A DNA stretch of 64,000 nucleotides, from contig NC_068983.1 in NCBI RefSeq assembly GCF_001194135.2, positions 100,287,385-100,351,384 of the forward strand. The letters run 5' to 3'. The position numbers were made by a program, and so were the translations under genes. Below the pieces are notes generated by a model that saw only the letters and a program-made list of their open reading frames with translations, was not told the DNA's origin and ran no database searches. Shown here in pieces: positions 26,790 to 38,855 of the stretch; within the stretch, counting starts at the first letter, position 1, and each line of letters opens with the position of its first letter. Source of the stretch: Octopus bimaculoides (taxonomy: Eukaryota).

Positions 26790-27045
26790 TTGAAAGTTAG
26801 CAAGAAGATCAGACAAAGATGGCTGCGACTATCTGGTCACTGTGTGTGTCACCCTGATCAGGAAGCATCCAAATTAGTCTTGTGGATCCCACTTCATGGT
26901 GATGTAAGAAGAGAAAAACGTCATACTTACATTGACAACTTGACTGTAGACATTGACCTGGAATGTATCCAGGATCTCAAGGCTGTAACATTGAACTGAG
27001 AAGTGTGGCAGGTGGATTTTGTTGTTGCAACCCAGGTTGGAGCTC
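26790..27045 (+). mobile_element. RTE LINE 3' remnant
   Basis: KIRQRWLRLSGHC...KLVLWIPLHG...TYIDNL. Confidence 0.6.
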
Positions 27046-27084
27046 AACCATAATGATAGTAATACACAAGGAAACAAAGTTTTT

Positions 27085-27300
27085 GTTGCATTAATATCAG
27101 CACTTGTTTTTAACTCATTTGAGTATGCTGAATTCAAATCTGAAGTTAATTTTTCTCTGTAAGCTCTAGATTTTATGCAATTCAACTTACTATTTTTTTC
27201 TCGAAATTTGGACATCTGTCACATGGTGACATGGCCCATCTGAAAAATTTATGGTCATGTAGTCTTAAAATTAGATATAAAATAACTGCCTGATACATAT
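27085..27300. mobile_element. Second partial terminus of the same Chapaev-like family
   Basis: cacaaggaaacaaagtttttgttgcattaatatcagcacttg... is similar to cactggtcaacaagtcttttgttgcattgatatcaacacttg... at 27634. Confidence 0.5.
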
Positions 27301-27337
27301 GGACGTACGTACATGCATACATTTATTTATTTATATA

Positions 27338-27570
27338 TGAAGGTACATGGTTTAGTGGTTAGGGTGTTGCACTTACAATTGTGAGATCGTGGTTTTGATT
27401 CCCAGACTGGATGCTGCATTGTGCTTTTGAGCAAAACATCATTTCCCATTACTCTGTGATCATTTCGTCATCTGACATGTGGCACATGGTACACCTGTAC
27501 AGGTAATGTCGATTTAATGGAGGGAGTGAACTTAGATGAGCACAAACATTTGATCACTATAAACAAGTTA
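27338..27570 (+). mobile_element. tRNA-derived SINE
   Basis: A box TGGTTTAGTGGT and B box GGTTTTGATTCCC. Confidence 0.65.
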
Positions 27571-27633
27571 TCTGTGTAGTCTAATGATGGGAGGGAGAAT
27601 CCACTGTGTGTGTGTGTATTGATTAACAGATAA

Positions 27634-28715
27634 CACTGGTCAACAAGTCTTTTGTTGCATTGATATCAACACTTGGTATTACCTAATTTGAGTGCATAGA
27701 TTTCAGATTTGAAGTTGGTTATTTCCTAAATGCTCTAACTTTTTTGCAATCAAGATATTTCAAAATTTCATCTTCATCACATTGATGTCATAGTCTATCA
27801 GGAGAAATGTATGATTAAACTTTCTTTAAATTAGCTGGATAATAAAAAAGAAAATGCAAGATAGTATAAATTTATTCAAGAACACAATTTGAAACACTTT
27901 CCCTAATAAGCAAAGGTTATAGTTTATATAAAACTGATTGATAAATAAGACATTAATTACTATGAGGAGGCAAAGCTCAATTGCAGTCTATTCATGCAGG
28001 AATTTGCACTTGAAGCTCTTGCATTTGTGGACTGTTTCAGGGCAATCTTGCTTAATTCTCCAGCAGTAGTCTGCCATCATATGTTTGTCTCATCTTCCTT
28101 GGTAACGCTTTTCCATAGTCTTGAGATCCTGATGGAACCTGCTCACCTTGTTTATTACTTACTGCTTCTAGGTTCTCAGGGAATCTAGCAAGATGACTGT
28201 ACATGAAATGGAGGAGTTTGACACTCATGTTACATCCAAGATTATGAAAAACTGAGAGCATATTAGCTACGAGAGTTTCATAGTTGTCAGCCTTTTTATT
28301 AATGAGAAAGTTTTCTATTACCACCACAAATGAAAGCCATGTACTCCTTTCCTTGTCATCTTTCTGGCAAATTCTTGATCACATACAAGTGTATGAATCT
28401 ATGAGCCATTAAACACACCTGCCTTGATCTTCTCGAAGGACAAAGCAGGGAGAGCAGAGACTATGTGTTGGAAGCATTCACCATCATCATTTAATGCTTT
28501 GACAAACTGTTTCATCAAACTCAGCTTGATGTGGAGCAGAGGTAATTAATTAATTTGACTGCAAATGGCTAGAATGTAAAACTTAAATTTGCATGAAAAC
28601 TAGAACATGTAGAACATGACCGTTTTCAGATATGAATTTAGCAGGTTAAAAACAGTAAGAATTAGTAAAAAAATCTTAAGCAACTGAGATTTCAAAAGAA
28701 TTTGTTAATAATACA
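27634..28715 (-). mobile_element. DNA transposon remnant, Chapaev3/CMC-like transposase C-terminus
   Basis: Minus ORF NFLINKKADNYETLV...LGCNMSVKLLHFMYSHLARFPENLEAVSNKQGE resembles the recalled GCNMSxKxHFLHSHLDxFPxNLGAVSDEQGERFHQ motif; terminus begins CACTGGTCAACAAG. Family name is from memory. Confidence 0.6.
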
Positions 28716-29158
28716 TGAAAATAATTATGTGGCATTAGAAAACCAATAAGTAGGTACATAAATATCAATTGAAGCCTGAGTGGGAGTTATCTTTGTTGTA
28801 ATGTGGGCAGAAGAGTAGCAGGGGATGATGGATAAATTAACAATTTTTGCAGTGGAATTTGTCTCCTGCTTCAGGTAATGTATAGTGACTCTGGAGAAAG
28901 TATATTGTTAACTAAGCAATCATTATGTTATAGATCTTTTATCTTTTACTTGTTTCAGTCATTGGACTGTGGCTAAGCTGGGGCACTCAGCACCTTGAAG
29001 GGCTTTTAGTCCAATGAATTGACTCCAGTACTTATTATTTCAAAGCTTGATACTTATTCTATCAATATCTTTTGACAAACCACTAAGTTACCAGGACATA
29101 AACAAACCAACACCAGTTGTCAGTGGGAGTTAAACACAAAAACTCTCTCTCTCTCCCC

Positions 29159-29196
<38 letters not shown>

Positions 29197-29999
29197 TACA
29201 CGTATGATGGGCTTCCTTCAGTTTCTGTCTACTAAATCCACTAGCAAAGCTTTGGTTGGCCTGGGGCTATTAGAAGAAGACATTTGTTCAAGGGGCCATG
29301 CAGTAAGACTGAACCTGGAACCATGTAGTTGGGAAGCAAACTTCTTATTTCTTTATTGCCCACAAGGGGCTAAACATAGAGGGGACAAACAAGGACAGAC
29401 AAAGGAATTAAGTCGATTACATCAACCCCAGTGCGTAACTGGTACTTAATTTATCGACCCTGAAAGGATGAAAGGCAAAGTCGACCTCGGCGGAATTTGA
29501 ACTCAGAACGTAACGGCAGACGAAATACCGCTAAGCATTTCACCTGGTGTGCTAACGATTCTGCCAGCTCACCGCCTTCTTACCACACAACCTTGCTTGC
29601 ATCTATGATGTTAACAATTTCACTCTTACTGTTACAGTTATTAATATTGAATGCTAACATTGACACAGTGGCACACATTTTTAGGGGAAAGGTATGATAT
29701 ATTGAAATACTTCCAATGTGTTACTGGTGATTTTTATGATTCTGGTAGGATTTGAAGTTAGAACACTATATAGACAACTGCCTCAAATCATTTAATCTAG
29801 TACTCTTTCATTTCTGTTATTCTACTATCTTTATGGGTGTTAATATGAGATGCTGCAAGAAATAGGAACAATAAAACTTATGTGGTTATTTTTGCTTGTT
29901 AAATTTATTATGAAAAATAAACTGGTTCCTTTTAAAATTGTTTAGGAATTATAATTTCTTTCTGTGTTTATGCATATGGACAATGAACATGTCGTTACT

Positions 30000-30960
30000 T
30001 ATGGATGTGTTCAAGAATAGCTGATGAATTCTTTTTTGTCAGTGTGCAGGTAGCTTTTGACTTTCTCAGGTCTCTCTTCTGTTCATTCCATCTTCTCCTA
30101 GTCTGCTTAGATGCTATGTCATTTTTTCTTATGGGGCTGCACCAGCTATATTTCTCAGTTGTGAGATTCTCTTATGGCTTGGATTAATTTAGAAGTCTCT
30201 TAGGAAGATCTTGAGCTTATAGTATCAATGTAGTGATTGCACCACTCACTAACTGAATGTTTCCTCCTCATCAACTCACTGTGGAGAAGAAGTTTCATCA
30301 CCCATTCTGGTATTATGACCAGACCACAACTACTAGGCTTTGTAGAGAAGAATGTGGATGTTGGGCAACACTGCATTAGTGAGGACCTCAGTGCCTGGAA
30401 TGTTTTCCTATCAATGGGTATGCTGTAATTTGTGCAAATAGTTCAGCTTTTTAACATACTTGTTGTAAACAGTCCATGTCTCACTGTCACATAGTAAAGT
30501 TGGTAGAATAATGGTTCTGTAGATCTTTTGTTTAGAGGTTGAGACCCTTCTTCACTTACACATTTTTGTGAAGTCCACTGAAGGCAATGATGAGTGTGGC
30601 AATTCTGTGGTTTACTTCAAAATCATTGTGAACATTCTTGAGAGATTGCTGTCAAGGTATGTGAACTTGTCAGTGGTAAGTAGAATCTAATCTTTCACCT
30701 TCATTACATATGGTATGTACTCCTTAGAAAGGGTTCATTGGTGCATGACTTCAATTTTCTTTGTGCTGATGGCGAGGCCAAAATCATCACAAGCAGAGAA
30801 GAATCTGTTCATGCCCTGCTGCATCTCAGATTCTGAACCTGCTTTGAGAACATAATCATTTGCAAACAGGAACTAGCACTCTGTTATCTTTCACTTTAAT
30901 TTTGGCCGAGAACCTTCTCAAGTTGAAGAACCTGCTGTCACTGCAATAACATCTTATGAA
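30000..30960 (-). mobile_element. Decayed RTE/BovB-like RT C-terminal remnant
   Basis: Minus-strand fragments FGLAISTKKIEVMHQ and DKFTYLDS; heavily mutated. Confidence 0.6.
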
Positions 30961-32289
30961 ATTTGAATAGTCTTGAGACCACTACTAAAATTTAGTTTGC
31001 TCGAACTGTTATTATACTGACCAAGTTGTTTCAAAGAGACTGGCTGATAATCATGTTCTAATAAATATCTATTCATTAGAACATATCAAAGTAGTTACCT
31101 AGAATGTTTAAGTAATTTAAAAGAGTTAAGGGGGAAAATATTGTATTAGATCTTTGGTACTGTTTTAAATATCATTTGGTTTTAAAAATTGAAATTTTAT
31201 GTCTATCTATCTGTCTGTCTATCTATGTATGAATATTTATTTTAGAAATGATTATATTTTGATAATCTTTACAAAAACATAATAATAAAGAAAATGCCAT
31301 ACACCTTAAAGGAATTTATTACTTTCCAGTAAATTATAAAAGGTGCCCTTTTGTGATATTACAACATAATGAAAAAATATCCCAGGAATTATATGTTGTA
31401 TGTAATAAATATGTTCACTAAATATTTGGAAACAATATCAGTTATTGCTTTGATTCTGTTGAAGAAATATTTATTCTGTTAGATATATTAACCTAACTAA
31501 TCAAACCTAAAGTTAAGAAAATGCAATGTTCCTTTTTACATTTTCTCACCTTTTTTTAATAGCTATTAATATACAAACATAATTCTCATGTAATTTTTTA
31601 TAGTTAAAAAAATAAAATTAATTACATTTTTACTCTATATTGCATTCTCAGTGAAACACAACATGCATAATACATTAATAAATTAGTTTTTAACACCATA
31701 TCAATATATCATACTTCCAGCTCTTTGGTTAGAACACTTTTCTGGATGTCATTTGCAGGTTTTGGACTCAGCATTTCCTTTTTGAGTTAATGAGTGATAA
31801 CAACTAATGTTACTCTGTTTTTTAATTTCATTTCTGAGGAAGAAAAGTTAGATCTCAATGAGAAAGAAAGGGATATATAGCAATGTTGCTATATCATGTA
31901 TTTCTCTTTTAAGTCACTTTAAATAAAAATAATTTATGTGTCATTGTTGTACATTTAGCTTTAAGTTGATAACAGAACCATGGAGTCTGGTAAGCATTAT
32001 AAATCTTTCAAAAGTAACAGCAACATAAAGAATGAAGTTATTAGAAGTGTAGCAGAAATGGTTGCTCTAAAGATTATGATTTCATTTGTCTACTGGGCAG
32101 TGTTCTCTCTAATATTTTGCTGTGGGTCTGTTAGAAATTTGTTTGTATGAAAATTGTCTTTCATTGCAAAAAATGTGCCCATTCATGTGAGTAACCATTG
32201 TTCAGATGCTGTATTGACGATTCACCTTCCAATTCTTTGTACCCCTGCTTTTATATTCACCCTGTCTTGCAAGTTACTTGGTGACCTCA

Positions 32290-32480
32290 CTGGTGCTGAT
32301 ACCACATACAAAGCACCAAGTACACTCTGTACAGTGGTTGACATTAGGAAGGGCGTCCAATCATAGAAACTGTGTCAAAACAAACATTGGGGCTTGCAGT
32401 AGTTTTCTGGCTCACCAGCTCCTGTGAAACTGTCCAATCCACACCAGCATGGAAAACAGATGTTAAATAGTGATGATGAT
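32290..32480 (+). repeat. RTE 3' tail copy
   Basis: taggaagggcgtccaa...ccagcatggaaaacagatgttaaatagtgatgatgat. Confidence 0.65.
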
Positions 32481-32736
32481 GATTATTATTTTCAGTAAAA
32501 AAGAAATTGAATTTCATCTTGAAAAAGTTTGTGTGCACACAGTATTTCCTTTGTTGCACTAATTGTAAGACATATGCACACAAGCATGCAGCTCAGAGGG
32601 AAAATTACTACTGGAGTTTATGAATATGGACTTCATGCTTTTTTCTGATTATATTGACCTTTCAAACTGGTACAATTTATTGGCACTTACACTATTGATA
32701 GTCAGAGGATAAATATTGTATTGATATTTAACAGTA

Positions 32737-32767
<31 letters not shown>

Positions 32768-33569
32768 GAAGTGCTGAGTTCTGTAAGCTAAGTCTATTAT
32801 GGAGAGTTAAGCATTTACAATAGTTGTAAATATTAAACCCTTCTGTTTATATAAAACACTCTGAAGAAGAAAGGCCCTTTTACATTTGGAGTTTGTATGA
32901 CATTCTTCATGTATTAATGTGCTTCTAATTATTATCATAAGGCAGCTTAATGTTCTTAAGTTGTAAAGTTATAATAGCTCTTTATTTAGTCTAAGTCTAA
33001 GCGTTCTTTATATGTCAGAAAATCTATTAAAAAAAAAAAGAAAAAAAATTACACTATCATAAAGATCATCATCATTATAGAAGAGTTATTCATCAAAATT
33101 AGTGTTGTGAATTTTTAATGGGGATTAAAAATTATAATCCCAACTCTTTTTGTTTTAAATTATAAAACTGATGTCTTTACAAATGAAATACAAATGCCTA
33201 ATGTATATTTGAATTTACTGAATACATTTAAATCCTTACTGTTTTAAAAATTGAGGTCTGTATAAGTCTAGTACAAGTGTCAGGACTGGTAACTTCCATT
33301 GAATAATAAAATAGATTAAATCTAAAAATAGTTTGTCTTTTCAATAATTAACCATAATTTCAGTATTGATATCTAGTTATCACTAGAAGGAACTTTCTTT
33401 CAGGTTTGTAGTAGTGGATACAGCAGTTACTATTGAAACTGAGTTATATCAACTTGATAGAAACATTTTTTAGTTAACTTTATATTTCAGTTGTTTGTAA
33501 CATTGTTTCAAAGATTGTTTGTTCATCACCTGGTACATTGTGTGTATATATGAATTATATATATATATA

Positions 33570-33760
33570 GTCATTTAACATCCATTTTCCATGCTGGCAT
33601 GGGTTGGACAATTTGGCAAGAGCTGATGAATTAGAGGACTGTGCTAAGCTTCAGTGTCTTTTGTATGATTTCTATGGCTGGATGTCAACCACTTCACAGA
33701 GTGTACTTGGTGCTTTTTTACATAGTACTGGCACAAACGAAGTTACCAAGTAACTTGCAA
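33570..33760 (-). repeat. RTE 3' tail copy
   Basis: ttccatgctggcatggg at about 33587. Confidence 0.65.
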
Positions 33761-35837
33761 AACGAGACCCATCAACTGATGTTGTGTTGTATTGAAGAGG
33801 TGACTTTATGCTAGGTTATGAGAGGGATAGAGATAAGTGTCTTGCAGTAGAGGAGATATGTGGCTACCCTAGTTGGGAAAGGAGAGAAGGTAGTGCAGAG
33901 GTGTCAAAATATACCCTCAAGTTACAAGAAGGAGAACATTAGAGATTGGACAGGGTGAATGGGTAGGTTCGATCATAAGAGTGTGAAAGGAGAATGGGCA
34001 ACAGATCCGAAGACTGTTAAGAGGAAGTTAGCCTGAAACAAGTCTGGCCCAAATACTTGCAACTGAATGGATCTTGTTAAAAGTATAGTGGTGGTGTTAA
34101 TTTGAGTAATGGCAAAGATGAGAACAACAACTGTAACAACATTGTAAACAGCAACAATAATAAAAACGAACGTAATCAGCAGCAACATCAAACAATCAGT
34201 TACAACAGCCTCAAGATCAGGCCTGTCGTTTAGTACTGTAATGTTGGTTTGGCATTGGAAGACAACACAGAGTTTAATATGAGGTACCAGTTTTGCTTAG
34301 CCAGGCCAGACCTAAAAGTGTTTTTCCAGGGAGGGACAGAGAGAGCTCTCACCTATAAATACATTAATAGGTAAAGTAGAAGGGCTGAAAAAACCAGCAC
34401 AAGCAGAGAAATTCTTGAAGGGCATGTGGGTATCTGTACAGCATCTGAGAAGAGGAAAATAGTATAGAACGATAGAAGTATTTTGCCTTAATGAAGAGGC
34501 TGTTAACTTTATCACCCAAGAACAAGAAATGTCCCTTTGATTGGATCCCACATGGTTACCCCTCTACCAAATTTTATTCACTAGGCCTTATGTATATGTA
34601 CTTCAAAATTTCATGCAATAATCCAACTTCTTATTGGAATATACTATGAACAAGTTGTATATGGCACTTTATAGTGAGTAGAGACAGACATTTGGAAATC
34701 AGTTTTTGAACAAAAGAGAAACGAAAGGATGAGGTTGGCAACCTGAAAATATTATTCTATCAGTTCTAATAATTCTTCTAAGTTGTTTGTGAAAACATGT
34801 CTGCTTATGGGAAAATATTACCTTGCTTGAAAAGAAGTGAGGGCTGGTAACAGAAAAAGTGTCCTGCCATAGAAAAGCTGTTTCAATGAATTGTGTCTGA
34901 TGCATGGAAAAGTGGAAGTGAAAATGATGAGGATGATACAATGAGCTTCCAGCTTCAGTCTAGCAAATTTCCATCACAAGGTTTTGGTCAATCTGAAGCT
35001 ATAACAGAAGACACTTACCCAAAATGTCATGCAGTGGGATGAAATCTGAAACCAGTTATTTGTGAGGTGAATGTCTTAACCATATAGCCATACTTGTATC
35101 TAATACTCTCAGTGATCCTCTTTTATTTTTTACTTGTTTCAGTCATTTGACTACTATCATGCTGGAGCACCACCTGGAAATAACCTTGGTACTTATTTTT
35201 TAGAATCTGGTACTTTTTCTATTGGTCCCTTTTGCTGAACTGTTAAGTTACAAAAATGTAAACAAACCAACACTGGTTGTTAAGTGATGGAAAGATGAAT
35301 ATGAAAACACACACACAAGCATTTCCACACGGTTTCCATTTACCAAATTCATTGGTTGGTCTGGGGCTATAGTAAAAGACACTTGCCCTAGGTGCTGCAT
35401 AGTGGGACTGAACCTGAAACCATACGATTCCAAAGTGAGCTTCTTACTCTTCAACCACACCTGCACCTGTGATTTAATTAATTTTCAATAACAAAAATTC
35501 GAAATTTTCTCTCCTACCTTTTTTGACCAGAATTAATCATTTAGAAAATTGTTGTTCTCAGCACTAATTACATTAATTTTATTCAATAGATTTCCTTGGA
35601 TTACTACACTTAATCTACTAGCACCTACTCTACTATTGAAATGTGGTACATTAATGACTTTGCCAATTTCATGCATGATTCCAACTGATTAATCGCTGCT
35701 TTGCCACGTTTATATTTGCGAGACTTACAAGAATATCAGTGCATCATAACCAGAACAAATGCTACATGATATTTTTGTTCACATACTAGTTTACTTGCCT
35801 GTTTGTACATCTTTCACCAATATACATTGGTGAATGA

Positions 35838-37190
35838 CATCATCATCATCATCATCATCGTTTAACGTCCGCTGTCCATGCTAGCATGGGTTGGACGATT
35901 TGACTGGGGACTGGTGAACCAGGTGGCTACACCAGGCTCCAATCTGATTTGGCAGAGTTTCTACAGCTGGATGCCTTTCCTAACGCAAACCACTCCGAGA
36001 GTGTAGTGGGTGCTTTTACGTGCCACCGGCACGAAGGCCAGTCAGGCGGTACTGGCAACAGCCACGCTCGAAATGGTGTATTTTACGTGCCACCTGCACA
36101 GGAGCCAGTCCAGCGGCACTGGCAACAATCTCGCTTGAATGTCTTTTCACGTGCCAGGAAGGCAACGTTGGTAACGATCACGCTCAAATGGTGCTATTTA
36201 CNNNNNNNNNNNNNNNNNNNNNNNNNNNNNNNNNNNNNNNNNNNNNNNNNNNNNNNNNNNNNNNNNNNNNNNNNNNNNNNNNNNNNNNNNNNNNNNNNNN
36301 NNNNNNNNNNNNNNNNNNNNNNNNNNNNNNNNNNNNNNNNNNNNNNNNNNNNNNNNNNNNNNNNNNNNNNNNNNNNNNNNNNNNNNNNNNNNNNNNNNNN
36401 NNNNNNNNNNNNNNNNNNNNNNNNNNNNNNNNNNNNNNNNNNNNNNNNNNNNNNNNNNNNNNNNNNNNNNNNNNNNNNNNNNNNNNNNNNNNNNNNNNNN
36501 NNNNNNNNNNNNNNNNNNNNNNNNNNNNNNNNNNNNNNNNNNNNNNNNNNNNNNNNNNNNNNNNNNNNNNNNNNNNNNNNNNNNNNNNNNNNNNNNNNNN
36601 NNNNNNNNNNNNNNNNNNNNNNNNNNNNNNNNNNNNNNNNNNNNNNNNNNNNNNNNNNNNNNNNNNNNNNNNNNNNNNNNNNNNNNNNNNNNNNNNNNNN
36701 NNNNNNNNNNNNNNNNNNNNNNNNNNNNNNNNNNNNNNNNNNNNNNNNNNNNNNNNNNNNNNNNNNNNNNNNNNNNNGGTCACAAGTCATTGCCTCGGTG
36801 AGGTCCAATGTTCGAAGGTCGTGCCTCACCACCTCATCCCAGGTCTTCCTGGGCCTACCTTTTCCACAGGTTCCCTCAACTGCTAGGGTGTGACACTTTT
36901 TCACACAGCTATCCTCATCTATTCTCGCCACATGACCATACCAGCGCAATCGTCTCTCTTGCACACCACAACTGATGCTTCTTAGGTTCAACTTTTCTCT
37001 CCAAGGTACTTACATACTGTCTAGTATGCACACTGACATTACACATCCATCGGAGCATACTGGTTTCATTCCTTGCGAGCCTACGCATGTCCTCAGCAGT
37101 CACGGTCCATGTTTCACTGCCATGTAGCATGGCTGTTCGTACACATGCATCATACAGTCTGCCTTTTACTCTGAGTGAGAGTAGCATGGC
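35838..37190 (-). mobile_element. Relatively young RTE LINE 3' portion spanning the N gap at 36202-36777
   Basis: Minus LSLRVKGRLYDACVRTAMLHGSETW...RLRWYGHVAR...GRPRKTWDEVV; 3' UTR and (CAT)n tail at 35838-36201 retain CpGs. Confidence 0.85.
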
Positions 37191-37284
37191 TTAGTGAGTG
37201 AACAAATGGATTTGATAGACCGAAACAAAAAGCAGCCCATTGTATGTGTATGTATATATATATATTTGTGTGTGTGCATATATT

Positions 37285-37460
37285 TGTGTGTGTATATATA
37301 TTTGTGAGTTTTTCTCCTTGTTTTCTCCGTATTCTTTCTGTTGAAGAGCGTGGCTTGAAACGTTAAAGACTTTCTGTATTCCCGAGCGTTAAACTAATAC
37401 ATCCTTTTGTTGTCTACACCACCTGTCCTCGTCTGTTGTTTTTTTTCGTAAATTCTCCCA
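37285..37460 (+). mobile_element. Penelope-type terminal repeat fragment carrying a hammerhead-like motif
   Basis: CTGTTGAAGAGCGTGGCTTGAAACGTT core; flanked by (TA/TG)n and (TA)n. Confidence 0.55.
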
Positions 37461-37484
37461 TATATATATATATATATATATAAT

Positions 37485-37679
37485 TAATAAAAAAAAACGA
37501 AGAAAAACACAAGAAAAAATAACAACGCAAGGACGTGGTACATGCAAAGTATCAACAGACGCTCAGGGAAGGAAAGGAAGATAGTTTTACTTTTCGAGCA
37601 AAGCTCTTCTTCAGAAACGGGAGACAGAGGAGAGTCCAAGAGAAAAGGAAGACGGAGGAAAAAAATCGCTAACGATCCA
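37485..37679 (-). mobile_element. Penelope-type terminal repeat fragment carrying a hammerhead-like motif
   Basis: Minus strand GTTTCTGAAGAAGAGCTTTGCTCGAAAAGTAAAAC; abuts (TA)n at 37461-37482 and the N gap. Confidence 0.6.
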
Positions 37680-38147
37680 NNNNNNNNNNNNNNNNNNNNN
37701 NNNNNNNNNNNNNNNNNNNNNNNNNNNNNNNNNNNNNNNNNNNNNNNNNNNNNNNNNNNNNNNNNNNNNNNNNNNNNNNNNNNNNNNNNNNNNNNNNNNN
37801 NNNNNNNNNNNNNNNNNNNNNNNNNNNNNNNNNNNNNNNNNNNNNNNNNNNNNNNNNNNNNNNNNNNNNNNNNNNNNNNNNNNNNNNNNNNNNNNNNNNN
37901 NNNNNNNNNNNNNNNNNNNNNNNNNNNNNNNNNNNNNNNNNNNNNNNNNNNNNNNNNNNNNNNNNNNNNNNNNNNNNNNNNNNNNNNNNNNNNNNNNNNN
38001 NNNNNNNNNNNNNNNNNNNNNNNNNNNNNNNNNNNNNNNNNNNNNNNNNNNNNNNNNNNNNNNNNNNNNNNNNNNNNNNNNNNNNNNNNNNNNNNNNNNN
38101 NNNNNNNNNNNNNNNNNNNNNNNNNNNNNNNNNNNNNNNNNNNNNNN

Positions 38148-38192
<45 letters not shown>

Positions 38193-38284
38193 ATACATGT
38201 GTGTTTGTATATGTGTATACGTATGTGTGTCTTACTGTCTCCTTGCCTCGACTTCATGTGATGCTTCTAAACGAATGTCATCAT

Positions 38285-38855
38285 CATTCAAGTAGTGGTT
38301 GTTCGTTTCCAGTCTTTCACGGAATACATGTAAACGTGTCTGGTCTTGGGAAATATTTTCTGACTTGCAAACAGGTGAGGGTTGGCGAAAGGAAGGGTAT
38401 TTGGTTGTAAAAAATTCACCGTAAAAATTCCGTCCGACCCATGCAAGCGTGGGAAAATGGACGTTAAAACTACTATATATAATAACAGTTTGACTCAGTT
38501 CCACAAGGCTTAAGGTTTCATGTGAGCGCAGGACACGTTTATCTCATCAATATACGTAACTCCTACCAAATGTGTTGAGTGCTACATTCTTTCGTTTGTC
38601 CACTTACTCGTGTGCGTGTGTGTCTTTTTCTTGACGTTGTGTGATAGTTGTAAAAAAGCGTTACCGTCATACAAGCGGTGTCCTTTATTTTCAGTATTCC
38701 CTGAAAACACACCCGGCCACGGGGAAGTATTATCGTGCTTGAGACATGTGAGGGCTGGCGATAGGAAAAGCATCCAGCCGTAAAAAATGTACCTCAACGA
38801 ATTCCGCGTGACCCATGCAAGTATAGAAAAGCAGACGTTAGAGATGATAATGTTG
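38285..38855 (+). mobile_element. Two adjacent short elements ending in an RTE-like 3' tail
   Basis: Both end ttggcg.aaggaa.gg.at...cccatgcaag.(g/a)t.g.aaa..gacgtt, like the RTE tail; a related copy is at about 34700-34940. Confidence 0.6.
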
